Under the pieces are notes generated by a model. It searched no databases. It had not been told where the DNA came from and saw only the letters and a list, made by a program, of their open reading frames with translations. From positions 57,880-77,879 of the forward strand of contig JACRCW010000035.1 in the NCBI GenBank assembly GCA_016218805.1: a DNA stretch of 20,000 nucleotides, given 5' to 3'. This DNA is from Deltaproteobacteria bacterium. GTDB lineage: Bacteria > Myxococcota > JACRCW01. The position numbers and the translations under genes are program-made. This document shows, one piece after another, positions 9,014 to 17,158 of the stretch (position 1 is its first letter; each line of letters opens with the position of its first letter).

Positions 9014-9212
9014 CGGAGTCAGCGCACGGGGCCGCCGTGTCGTCGGCAGCGCTGGGTAGCGGCGGGACCTGTGCCCGCCGCAGTGGGCCCGCCACGCACG
9101 GGTCGAAGTCGACGGAGTCCGCGCACCGGGCCGCCGTGTCGTCGACAGCGCTGGGTAGCGGCGGGACCTGTGCCCGCCGCAGTGGGCCCGCCACGCACGG
9201 GTCGAAGTCGAC
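9014..9212 (+). repeat. Tandem direct duplication of a 99-bp unit, each copy carrying a GTAG-type REP hairpin
   Basis: Units start at 9014 and 9113 and are nearly identical. Each contains GTAGCGGCGGG-ACCTGTG-CCCGCCGC (9056-9081 and 9155-9180). Confidence 0.92.
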
Positions 9213-9235
9213 CAGCTTGTTCATCTCCGGCCCCC

Positions 9236-10468
9236 CTAATGCGCAGCCGCTTGACTGGCGGGGCTGCCCTTGGCCGCGAACTCGCCCGTGAGGATTGGGA
9301 TGGCCACCTTGCACAACAGCGTGAAGACCAGGAATCCCGTGGAGAAGATGGCCGCGCCGATGCGCAGCTCATGCAGCGTGGGCGTGTACTCGTAGACCTC
9401 ACCCAGCGTGTCCGGCGTCATGGCGGGCATGACCAGGCCCATGCCCTTCTCAATGTACACGCTGGCGTAGATGAGCAGGCAGCCCACGTTGAGCGTGACC
9501 ACGTTACGGCGGGTGGCGGGGAACAGGAAGATCAGAAACGCCGCAATCCCGCAGAACACAAACGCCCACGCGTACGGCACCAGTGCTGAGTGACCGTGCA
9601 GCCCGCTGAACAGGTACTGGAAGTGCAGCAGGTGCTCGGTGCGCGAATAGTACTCCTTGAACAGCTCCGCCCCCAGCAGGAACAGGTTCAGGAACATGGC
9701 GTACGCCATCAATTCGGCCACTTTCCAGATGGCCTCATCCTTGATGGCAATCTTGGTGGTGCGCTGCAGGATCTGGAACAGGATGAGCATGATGGCCGGC
9801 CCCGAACAGAACGCGGAGCACAAGAAACGCGGCGCCAGGATGGAGGCGTTCCAGTACGGGCGCGCGGCCATGCCGGCGTAGATGAACGCGGTCACCGTGT
9901 GGATGCCCACGGCGGCGGGCACGCTCAGCAGCACCAGCGGGACCACCAGGTTGGGGTTGTATGGCCGGCCCTGGATGCCGCGGTACAGCAGGTGCGAGAC
10001 GATGACGACGTTGAGCACCAGGTACAGGTTCAACACCAGCACGTCCCACGCGAGGATGGCGCGCGGGAAGTTCATCTTCCCGATGACGGGGATGAGGTGC
10101 CAGCCGCGCTCCGGCCGTCCCATGTCCGCCACCACAAACATCAGGCACATGACAATGGCGCTGATGGCGAGGATTTCACCGAGGATGACGACCTCTTTGA
10201 TGGGCTTCCAGCCGTAGATGTACGCGGGAATGACGAGCACCACGGCGGCCGCGGCCACGCCCACCAGGAAGGTGAAGTTGCCGATGTAGAACGCCCAGCT
10301 CACCTGGTCCCGCATATTGGTGACGATGAGCCCGGTGGTCAGCTGGTCGTAGTAGGCGGCGCCGCCCCAGGCCATCATGCACAGCAGGCCGGCCACCCAC
10401 ACCTTGAACGCGGTGCCACCGCGGAAGGCGTGCTGGAGGGCAGGTACAATCAACTTGAGCGCGTTCAC
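9236..10468 (-). CDS. nrfD: NrfD/PsrC-family polytopic quinol-interacting membrane subunit, DsrP/HmeB-like
   Basis: About 10 hydrophobic segments. VSWAFYIGNFTFLVGVAAAAV, GEILAISAIVMC..FVVADMGRPER, WDVLVLNLYL, AVGIHTVTAFIY, RPYWN...LAPRFLCSAFCSGPA, IEKGMGLV, YTPTLHE. GTG start after GGAGG. Confidence 0.93.
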   Translation of the reverse strand: MNALKLIVPALQHAFRGGTAFKVWVAGLLCMMAWGGAAYYDQLTTGLIVTNMRDQVSWAFYIGNFTFLVGVAAAAVVLVIPAYIYGWKPIKEVVILGEILAISAIVMCLMFVVADMGRPERGWHLIPVIGKMNFPRAILAWDVLVLNLYLVLNVVIVSHLLYRGIQGRPYNPNLVVPLVLLSVPAAVGIHTVTAFIYAGMAARPYWNASILAPRFLCSAFCSGPAIMLILFQILQRTTKIAIKDEAIWKVAELMAYAMFLNLFLLGAELFKEYYSRTEHLLHFQYLFSGLHGHSALVPYAWAFVFCGIAAFLIFLFPATRRNVVTLNVGCLLIYASVYIEKGMGLVMPAMTPDTLGEVYEYTPTLHELRIGAAIFSTGFLVFTLLCKVAIPILTGEFAAKGSPASQAAAH

Positions 10469-10480
10469 GAAGCGCCTCCG

Positions 10481-11416
10481 TCAGATGCCGTAGAAGTAGT
10501 AGAACTTGGGTTCCGTCTTCAGTTCCGCCTTCAACACAAAGACGCGCTTTTCCCGCAGAATGCGTGAGATCTCGCTCTCCGTATCCAGCAGGTTGCCAAA
10601 CTTGCGCGCGCCCACCGGACAGATCTCCACGCACGCCGGATAGCGGCCTTCGCGCACGCGCTGGATGCAGAAGGTGCACTTCTCCACCACGCCGCGCGGG
10701 CGCACGCGGTTGCCCAGCACGTGCAGGTTGGTGTTCAGCTCGTCCGCGGGGACCACCGGGTCCGCCCAGTTGAAGTGGCGCGCACCGTACGGGCAGGCTG
10801 CCATGCAGCAGCGGCAGCCAATGCACCAGTCATAATCAATGACGACAATCCCGTCCGCCTCCTGCCAGGTGGCGCCCACCGGGCACACGCGCGTGCACGG
10901 CGGGTTGCGGCATTGCTGGCAGGCCACCGGGAGGTAGAAGTGGTCGGGGTCGGGGACTTTCTCGTGCGCGTAGTACGGGTTGGCGGCCTCAAAATCAATA
11001 CCGCCCTTTTTCTCCATCTCCAGCACGCGGATCCACTGCACCTGCGGGTCACGTGACTGGTTGTTCTCCTTCACGCATGCGTACACGCAGCGGCGGCAGC
11101 CAATGCAGCGGGACAGGTCCAACGCGTAGCCAAACTCCACGCCGGGCTTGGGCGGCGCCGCGCTGACGGTGACCTCGCGGTGATAGCGCGTCTTGTGGTC
11201 CTCCTTGAGCCGCGCCATGCGCAGCTGGACCTCTTCCGCGTTGAGCTCCAGGAAATGCTTGGCAAAGTACGCCTCGCGCGCCTCCGGCGTGCACGCGGCC
11301 AGGTACCCCGCGGCGGCCAGGCCCACGCCGGTGAGGAAGTCACGGCGGCTGAGCTCCTCGGGCGTGACGGTCTCCTCGCCCGGTTCCAGCGGCAGCGGTC
11401 CGGTGGGGCAGCTCAT
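10481..11416 (-). CDS. NrfC/DsrO-like four-cluster 4Fe-4S protein with Tat signal and possible lipobox
   Basis: SRRDFL twin-arginine motif then YLAAC. Cys groups CIGCRRCVYAC, CQQCRNPPCTRVCP, CIGCRCCMAACP, CTFC...PACVEICP. ATGA overlap with the upstream cytochrome stop. Confidence 0.94.
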   Translation of the reverse strand: MSCPTGPLPLEPGEETVTPEELSRRDFLTGVGLAAAGYLAACTPEAREAYFAKHFLELNAEEVQLRMARLKEDHKTRYHREVTVSAAPPKPGVEFGYALDLSRCIGCRRCVYACVKENNQSRDPQVQWIRVLEMEKKGGIDFEAANPYYAHEKVPDPDHFYLPVACQQCRNPPCTRVCPVGATWQEADGIVVIDYDWCIGCRCCMAACPYGARHFNWADPVVPADELNTNLHVLGNRVRPRGVVEKCTFCIQRVREGRYPACVEICPVGARKFGNLLDTESEISRILREKRVFVLKAELKTEPKFYYFYGI

Positions 11417-12231
11417 GGCGTCTCCTTCCCGGCGCCGTGGCCCGTGCTGTCGCCGTGGGCGGCCTTGTCATCCGTGGGCTTCATGGGTTCCTTGGCCGGG
11501 GCCACCGCGGGCGCTGCCACGGCGGAGGCCAGGTGGGATTCCCGCAGCAACTGCGGGCGCACCGGGGCGGGCAGCGGCGTAAGGGGGGCAAAGCGCGGGC
11601 TGTGCGGGTTGTGGCAGTGCACGCACAGCAGGTAGCGCTTGGCGCCCGCCCAGTAACCCGTGCGCTTGCCGTGGATGCCGCTGCGCCAGTCCCGGTACTG
11701 CGTGCCGTGACACTGGCCGCACAACCGGTAGCTCTCCGTGAAATCCACCAATTCGCCCGACGACAGGTGCAGCATGTTGCGGTCCTTGAGGTCGTGGCAG
11801 TCCAGGCACCAGCGGTGCTCCGAGTCATGCGTGAGCACAATGGTGTCGTGCTCGTCCACCAGCTTGCGGCGCGTTGGGTTGGGGTCCATCGTCTCGTGGC
11901 AGTCCATGCATGGGAAGATGCTGTCGCTGGTGAAGGGCGGGCGCGGCACCATGAACAGCTTGTGCGGTCCACCGTCGGCGCCGTCCTCCAGGCCCACCAG
12001 CGCCTCGTCCTTGCCAAACACCTCCACAAAGTCCTTGGGCGTATACGCGCGCTTGTCCGCCATGCCCTCGCCGTGGCCGGCGGGCCCGGCAAAGATGATG
12101 GACGCCAGCACCACGCCCACAATGAGCGAGAACACCACCAGCAGCGGGATGAGCGCGTTGGAGTGCGCGATGCTGAACTCCTCCTGCGGCTCGCCCGGAC
12201 CTCCGCCGGCTCCCTTGGGGTCGTGCTCCAT
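11413..12231 (-). CDS. Membrane-anchored tetraheme c-type cytochrome
   Basis: Start ATG 12231 (MEHDPKG) after SD GGAGGAAG. One TM helix (ALIPLLVVFSLIVGVVLASIIFAG). CMDCH, CLDCH, CGQCH, CVHCH plus several spare His ligands. 272 aa. Confidence 0.92.
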   Translation of the reverse strand: MEHDPKGAGGGPGEPQEEFSIAHSNALIPLLVVFSLIVGVVLASIIFAGPAGHGEGMADKRAYTPKDFVEVFGKDEALVGLEDGADGGPHKLFMVPRPPFTSDSIFPCMDCHETMDPNPTRRKLVDEHDTIVLTHDSEHRWCLDCHDLKDRNMLHLSSGELVDFTESYRLCGQCHGTQYRDWRSGIHGKRTGYWAGAKRYLLCVHCHNPHSPRFAPLTPLPAPVRPQLLRESHLASAVAAPAVAPAKEPMKPTDDKAAHGDSTGHGAGKETP

Positions 12232-12299
12232 GCCGCTTCCTCCGCGCGTAGCCGTTGCAGTCCGCGCGGCCGGGCCGCGCACAATTTCGCGCGGGGACG

Positions 12300-12316
12300 A
12301 GCAACTTACGCGCCAA
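12300..12316 (-). promoter_or_regulatory. Sigma54 (RpoN) -24/-12 promoter of the cytochrome-FeS-NrfD operon
   Basis: Minus strand TTGGCGCGTAAGTTGCT versus consensus YTGGCACG-N4-TTGCW: one mismatch, exact GG-N10-GC spacing, about 70 nt upstream of ATG 12231. Confidence 0.75.
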
Positions 12317-12571
12317 CGGCGGCTGGAGCATTCGGTTGTGCAACAGTCCTGCGCCGGTTGACGACGCGCGCACCCGCAGACCGGCGCAGAATGAAGCGCA
12401 TGTTCCGGCGCCCGGCCCACGCCCCCGCCATCTTCAGCAGGCGCATCCGTCGCGCGGACAGGGGCGCGTCATTCTTGGCAAATGCGCACGGACTTCGTCA
12501 GCTTGACGGGCATGTGAAAACCGTGCCGGCGGCGGCAAACCTTCCGGCGCGGCATATTTGCCCGGTGGCGC

Positions 12572-13507
12572 TCACCCGGCGGCGTTGGCGTTGACCCAAT
12601 CCGCCAGCACGCCCGCGCACGAGCGCACCTGGAGGAACGGCGCGGCACCTTCCGCGGCGACGTCGGCGGCGGGGTGGCTGTCCGTGACCAGGATGCGTTT
12701 GACCAGGCCGGAGGCGCGGATGCGCGCCAGGCTGTCACCGGGGAACAGCCCGTGGGTGGCCACGGTCACCACTTCCGTGGCACCGGCATCCAGGTAGGCG
12801 CGCGCAGCGCCCAGCAGGCTGCCGCCGGTGCGGATCATGTCGTCATAGATGACCACGCGGCCGCCGCCCACGGTGTGGGACAGGCCCACCACTTCCGTGC
12901 GCGTGCCGGAAAGCCGTCTTTTGAGGATGAAGCTGGAGGGGACGCCCAGGTCATTGGCCAGTGATTCAACCCATTTGGCGCGGCCCGCATCCACGCTCCC
13001 CAGCGTGAAGGAATCCCCGCCCATCTCCCGCACCGCGTCCAGGATGACGGGCTTGGCGTAGACGTGGGAGGGAACCACGGGCCCCTCAAAGTAATACGCA
13101 ATGCCATCCGCGTGCAGGTCCAGCAGCGCCACGCGGTTGCCGCGCGGTGCCTGCGGAATGGATGAAATCAGGCGCGCGCGCGTCTTGGCGGTGACAATTT
13201 CACCGGGTTTCACCTGCCGCTCCATGGTGGAATACCCAAAGAACGGGATCACCAGGGAGAGGGACAGTGCGCCTTCGTTCACCAGGCCGGAGGCCAGGTC
13301 AAACAGGTCCAGCGTGGCGGCGTCCGAATGCGTGCCGGACAGCAGCACCACGTCCCGCCGCTGCACGGGGGAGCGGATGCGCAGGTAGCGTTCACCGTCC
13401 GGGAATGGCCGGATTTCAACCGCGCCCTCATCCCCACCGCACGCCGCGCGGACCCGGGTGGCCAGCGCGGCGTAGGCGGGGGAATGGAAGAAGACCGGCG
13501 TGGCCAT
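12572..13507 (-). CDS. prs: Ribose-phosphate pyrophosphokinase (divergent subtype)
   Basis: [41 protein letters not shown]-binding loop [25 protein letters not shown]. Confidence 0.93.
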   Translation of the reverse strand: MATPVFFHSPAYAALATRVRAACGGDEGAVEIRPFPDGERYLRIRSPVQRRDVVLLSGTHSDAATLDLFDLASGLVNEGALSLSLVIPFFGYSTMERQVKPGEIVTAKTRARLISSIPQAPRGNRVALLDLHADGIAYYFEGPVVPSHVYAKPVILDAVREMGGDSFTLGSVDAGRAKWVESLANDLGVPSSFILKRRLSGTRTEVVGLSHTVGGGRVVIYDDMIRTGGSLLGAARAYLDAGATEVVTVATHGLFPGDSLARIRASGLVKRILVTDSHPAADVAAEGAAPFLQVRSCAGVLADWVNANAAG

Positions 13508-14208
13508 CAGCCGCCCTTCTTGACGATCTCCAGCAGTTCCACCTCAAACACCAGCACGGCGCCGCCGGGAATGGTGGGCGGATGGCCGCGGTCTCCGTAG
13601 GCGATGTCCGACGGGCACACGAGCCGGGCCTTGCCGCCGACCTTCATCTTGCCCACGCCCTCCGTCCAGCACTTGATGACGCCATTGAGCGGGAACTCCG
13701 CCGGCGCGTTGCGCTTGAAGGAGCTGTCAAACTCGGTGCCGTCGGTGAGCGTGCCCTTGTAGTGCACCTTGACGGTGTCGGTGGCGGCGGGGGATTCACC
13801 GCCACCGGCGGTGGTCTCAAAGTAGATGAGTCCGCTGTCCGTCTTCTGCGCGCCCTGTTCCGTGGCGGCCTTCTCCAGGAACGCCTTGCCCTTGGTCTTC
13901 TCGCCCTCGCTCTTGGACTTCTGGCGGGCCTGGGCCATCTCATTGATCTTCATGCCGTAGGTGTTGAGCTCCACCTGCGGCTTGCCGGCCACGCCGTCAC
14001 GCACGCCCTGGACCACCAGGTCCAGTTCCGCGGGCTGCAGGTTGAAGGCGCCCACGTTGCGCGCCAGCATCAGGCCCATGGCGTAGAAGGTCTTGTCCTC
14101 TTCGGTGGTGAGCGGGCGCGGTGCGCTGCCGCCGCCGGCCGGGGGGTTGTTGCACGCGGCGCAGAGCACGCCGCAGGAGAGCAGGGAGACAAGGGAGAGG
14201 TTTCTCAT
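13507..14208 (-). CDS. FKBP-type peptidyl-prolyl cis-trans isomerase (FkpA/Mip-like), predicted lipoprotein
   Basis: FKBP_N region (YAMGL...QGVRD) and FKBP_C motifs [49 protein letters not shown]. Signal peptide ending LCAAC. Confidence 0.95.
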   Translation of the reverse strand: MRNLSLVSLLSCGVLCAACNNPPAGGGSAPRPLTTEEDKTFYAMGLMLARNVGAFNLQPAELDLVVQGVRDGVAGKPQVELNTYGMKINEMAQARQKSKSEGEKTKGKAFLEKAATEQGAQKTDSGLIYFETTAGGGESPAATDTVKVHYKGTLTDGTEFDSSFKRNAPAEFPLNGVIKCWTEGVGKMKVGGKARLVCPSDIAYGDRGHPPTIPGGAVLVFEVELLEIVKKGG

Positions 14209-14404
14209 GGGCGGGGGGCCTTAGCAGGGTGCCGCGCAGGGACGCAAAGCCGGGCTGCGGCGCGGGGGGCGCGAGCCCTGAACCGCACGACGCGGTCATG
14301 CGGGCCGACAGGGTGAATCGGTCATCCAGCAGCCATGGGTCGGCGTGGGCTTGGAGGCGGTGCGCGCCGCCGGCGGGAACACCCGTTCCACCGCAGCGCG
14401 GTCC

Positions 14405-14431
14405 AAAGTGTCTCGAATAATGAGACACTTT
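14405..14431. promoter_or_regulatory. Perfect AT-rich inverted repeat, candidate transcription-factor operator between divergent genes
   Basis: AAAGTGTCTC-GAATAAT-GAGACACTTT (10-bp arms, 7-bp spacer) in the middle of a 430-bp GC-rich intergenic region. Confidence 0.55.
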
Positions 14432-14638
14432 TGTCCGCAACGGGTTGTCACGCGCGCGCGGCACGGCTGAGTCTGACCCCCGCTCCCCCCTCCCCAGCCC
14501 CCGGCCACAACCCCGCGCGCGACCCATGGCGGCTCATGCCGCGCGTGCAGGGTGTGCAGCGGCCAGCGCGGCTGCCGCATGGGCCCCGGCGGGTCCCGGG
14601 CTTGACGCCGCCACCCCCTCCCCGCGCATTGTGCCCGC

Positions 14639-15454
14639 ATGGCCCGCCATGACTCCGTCACCGCACTTGTCGACCGGTTGGAGCTGCCGTTCAACGCCCT
14701 GGGCGTAGACCGCTACGGCATCTCCAAGAAGCACCTGGTGGTGTTCTTCACCGCGCTGGGTTTCCTGTACCGCTGGTATTTCCGCGTGGCCGCGCACGGC
14801 GTGGAGCACGTCCCGCCACGCGGGCGCTGCATGCTGGTGGGCAACCACTCCGGCGGCGTGGCCACGGACGGCGCCATGGTGCTGGCATCCATGCTGTTTG
14901 AAATGGAGCCGCCGCGGCTGGCGCAGGGCATGGCGGAGAAGTTTCTCAACCAGCTGCCGCTCAGTTCGCTGTGGACCTCGCGCACCGGGCAGTTCACGGG
15001 GCTGCCGGAGAACGCCATCCGGCTGCTGGAGGATGACCGGATGCTGATGGTCTTCCCCGAGGGCGCCCGCGGCACCGCCAAGCTGTACAATGAGCGCTAT
15101 TCCCTGGTGGACTTTGGCACCGGATTCATGCGGCTGGCCATGAAGACGCGCACACCCATTGTGCCGTTTGGCTTTCTGGGCGGCGGCGCGGCCATCCCCA
15201 CGGTGAAGAACCTTTACGGGTTGGGGAAGCTGGTGGGGGTGCCCTACGTCCCCGTCACGCCCTACCTGCTGCCGCTGCCGCTGCCCGTGCCGCTGGAGGT
15301 GCACTACAGCCCGCCCATGTTGTTTGAAGGCACCGGTGACGAGGAGGACCAGGTCATCCAGGCGCACGTGGCGCAGGTGAAGGACCGCATCAGCCGCCTC
15401 ATTGAGGACGGCCGCGCGGCGCGGCACCAGCGCCGCAATGGAGGTGCCGCATGA
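14639..15454 (+). CDS. Lysophospholipid/PlsC-family acyltransferase
   Basis: Catalytic [30 protein letters not shown]. Start follows TTGACG...CATTGT-6nt-ATG. Confidence 0.92.
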   Translation: MARHDSVTALVDRLELPFNALGVDRYGISKKHLVVFFTALGFLYRWYFRVAAHGVEHVPPRGRCMLVGNHSGGVATDGAMVLASMLFEMEPPRLAQGMAEKFLNQLPLSSLWTSRTGQFTGLPENAIRLLEDDRMLMVFPEGARGTAKLYNERYSLVDFGTGFMRLAMKTRTPIVPFGFLGGGAAIPTVKNLYGLGKLVGVPYVPVTPYLLPLPLPVPLEVHYSPPMLFEGTGDEEDQVIQAHVAQVKDRISRLIEDGRAARHQRRNGGAA

Positions 15455-16383
15455 AGGTCCTGGTGATGGGCATCTCCGGTGGCATTGCGCGGCTGGTGGC
15501 CATTGGGCTGCGCGAGCGCGGGCACGAGGTGTTTGGCATTGACCGGCGGCCGTGGCCGGGCGCGCCGCGCGGCGTGGACGTGTACGGCGTGGACCTGCGC
15601 AAGCGCGCGGCGGAGGACATCTTCCGCCGCCGTCGTCCGGACGTGGTCATCCACCTGGCCACGGTGAACGCGCTCACCGCGCACGGCGAGGAGCGCAGCC
15701 GCATCAACCTGGGCGGTACGCGCGCGGTGTTTGAGCACGCGCTGTCCCACGGCGTGGAGCACGTGGTGTTTGTGGGGCGGCACACGTATTACGGCGCGGC
15801 CGCGGACAGCCCGCTGTACCACACGGAAGACGAGCCACCGCAGGCGCTGGGCGCGTTCCCCGAGCTGGCCGACCTGGTGGCCGCGGACCTGTACGCGGCC
15901 AACACGCTGTGGCGGAATCCCAAGCTGGTCACCACGGTGTTGCGGCTGTGTTACACGCTGGGGCCCTCACGCATGGGCACGCTGGCCACGTTTGTGAAGC
16001 CCAAGCGCGTGCCCATGGTGCTGGGTTACGACCCGTTGTTCCAGTTCCTGTGGGAGGCGGACGCGGCCGAAGCGGTGATCCTGGCGGCGGAGAAACGCCC
16101 GCGCGGCATCTTCAACGTGGCCTCCTGCAACCCGCTGCCGCTGGCCACCATTGTCCGCCAACTGGGGCGCACGCCGCTGCCGCTGCCGGAGCCGCTGCTG
16201 CTGGCCCTGCTGGGCCGCGCGGGCTTCCCGCGCCTGCCGCGCGGCGCGGTGGAGCACATCAAGTACCCCATCCTGGTGGACGCGGGCGCGTTCCGCGCGG
16301 CCACCGGCTTCCAGCACCGCGTGGACGAGGTGGAGACGCTGCGCAAATACCGCTCTTTGTTCGCCGCGGGCGAATTGCCCTGA
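15451..16383 (+). CDS. NAD-dependent epimerase/dehydratase family protein (atypical extended SDR)
   Basis: [13 protein letters not shown]ossmann start, DVVIHLA, INLGGT, YYGA..DSP...[21 protein letters not shown] overlap with the acyltransferase, SD GGAGG. Confidence 0.9.
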   Translation: MKVLVMGISGGIARLVAIGLRERGHEVFGIDRRPWPGAPRGVDVYGVDLRKRAAEDIFRRRRPDVVIHLATVNALTAHGEERSRINLGGTRAVFEHALSHGVEHVVFVGRHTYYGAAADSPLYHTEDEPPQALGAFPELADLVAADLYAANTLWRNPKLVTTVLRLCYTLGPSRMGTLATFVKPKRVPMVLGYDPLFQFLWEADAAEAVILAAEKRPRGIFNVASCNPLPLATIVRQLGRTPLPLPEPLLLALLGRAGFPRLPRGAVEHIKYPILVDAGAFRAATGFQHRVDEVETLRKYRSLFAAGELP

Positions 16384-16385
16384 AT

Positions 16386-17132
16386 TCAGCGGCGGCGGAT
16401 GCCGAATGGCCGGCCTACCGGACGCGGCTTGGCCACCGGTCCCTGCTTGAACTTGGAACTGCCCGCGCCACCGGGCGCGGCGCGCGCCACATCCCCCGGC
16501 CGCTTGAGCGGCGCACCGGCGGCGGCCAGGCGTGCGGGCTGCGGCAGCGTGCCGTGGTTGGCGCGGTAGGAATCCAGCGCGGCCGCGCGTGAGGCACCCC
16601 AGGCCCCCACGCCCACCATCCCGCCGGGCGCGTACATGGGCGGGTACACGTAGTGCGGCGCGAACAGCGCGTTGGCCACCATGTTCCCCGCCATGGCCGC
16701 CGCAAACGGCGTCCAGAACCCCGTCTCCTGCCGCACCACCACCGTTTCACGCTGGCCGGTGCCCGGGTCCGTCTGCTCCTGGGTGACGTTGTGCACGTAG
16801 GCCACGCGGAAGTCCGGTGCCAGGCGCAGCACCGCGCCATCGGCCTCCACCGCCAGCTGTGCCCGCTCGCCGCGGGCCACCGCCTCGTCGGACAGGCGCG
16901 CCAGGCGGAGGTCGTCAGACTCCAGCACCGGGCGCGTCCCGGCGGGCGCGCCCAGCACCATCACCCGGTATTGCCCCGTGGCGTCGTCGTACTCGGCGGA
17001 TTGCACCGCGTATTCACCCGCGGGCAGCGCGCGCTGCACCGCCCGGGCACCGGTCCGCGGCTCGCCCGCGCTGAAGCACCCCGCCGCCCCCGCGACCACT
17101 CCCGCCACCATCATCCAACGCATTGCCCGCAT
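16386..17132 (-). CDS. Conserved hypothetical lipoprotein resembling a family common in cyanobacteria; YgiB/YjfM-like Gly/Arg-rich tail
   Basis: ATG 17132 after AAGGAG; signal MRAMRWMMVAGVVAGAAG-C (lipobox). GEYAVQSAEYDDATGQY, ARLSDE, YVHNVT...TGQRETVVVRQETGFWTPFA. Confidence 0.8.
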   Translation of the reverse strand: MRAMRWMMVAGVVAGAAGCFSAGEPRTGARAVQRALPAGEYAVQSAEYDDATGQYRVMVLGAPAGTRPVLESDDLRLARLSDEAVARGERAQLAVEADGAVLRLAPDFRVAYVHNVTQEQTDPGTGQRETVVVRQETGFWTPFAAAMAGNMVANALFAPHYVYPPMYAPGGMVGVGAWGASRAAALDSYRANHGTLPQPARLAAAGAPLKRPGDVARAAPGGAGSSKFKQGPVAKPRPVGRPFGIRRR

Positions 17133-17158
17133 GGTTGCGCACTCCTTGGCTTCTTTGT

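Noticed and set aside
9014..9212. Possible CRISPR array
   Set aside because: Only two units, the sequence between hairpins is duplicated rather than unique, and no cas genes are present.
8610..9314. ORFs with repeated peptides (VDFDPCVAGPLRRAQVPPLPSA x2) and the 128-aa N-terminal extension of the triheme cytochrome ORF
   Set aside because: Products of translating the 99-bp (multiple of 3) DNA repeat and REPs; the real cytochrome start with SD and signal peptide is 8613.
9236..12231. Calling the locus dsrJOP, nrfBCD or alternative complex III
   Set aside because: No dsrM/dsrK, nrfA or actB/D/E/F adjacent; the cytochrome has four hemes, unlike DsrJ (3) or NrfB/ActA (5).
12503..12518. FNR/CRP box upstream of the cytochrome operon
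   Set aside because: TTGAC half-site is present but there is no ATCAA/GTCAA at 4-nt spacing.
14410..14439. dif/cer-like reading of the palindrome (..CGAATAA-N8-TTTTGTCC)
   Set aside because: Poor XerD arm; the perfect inverted repeat is a simpler description.
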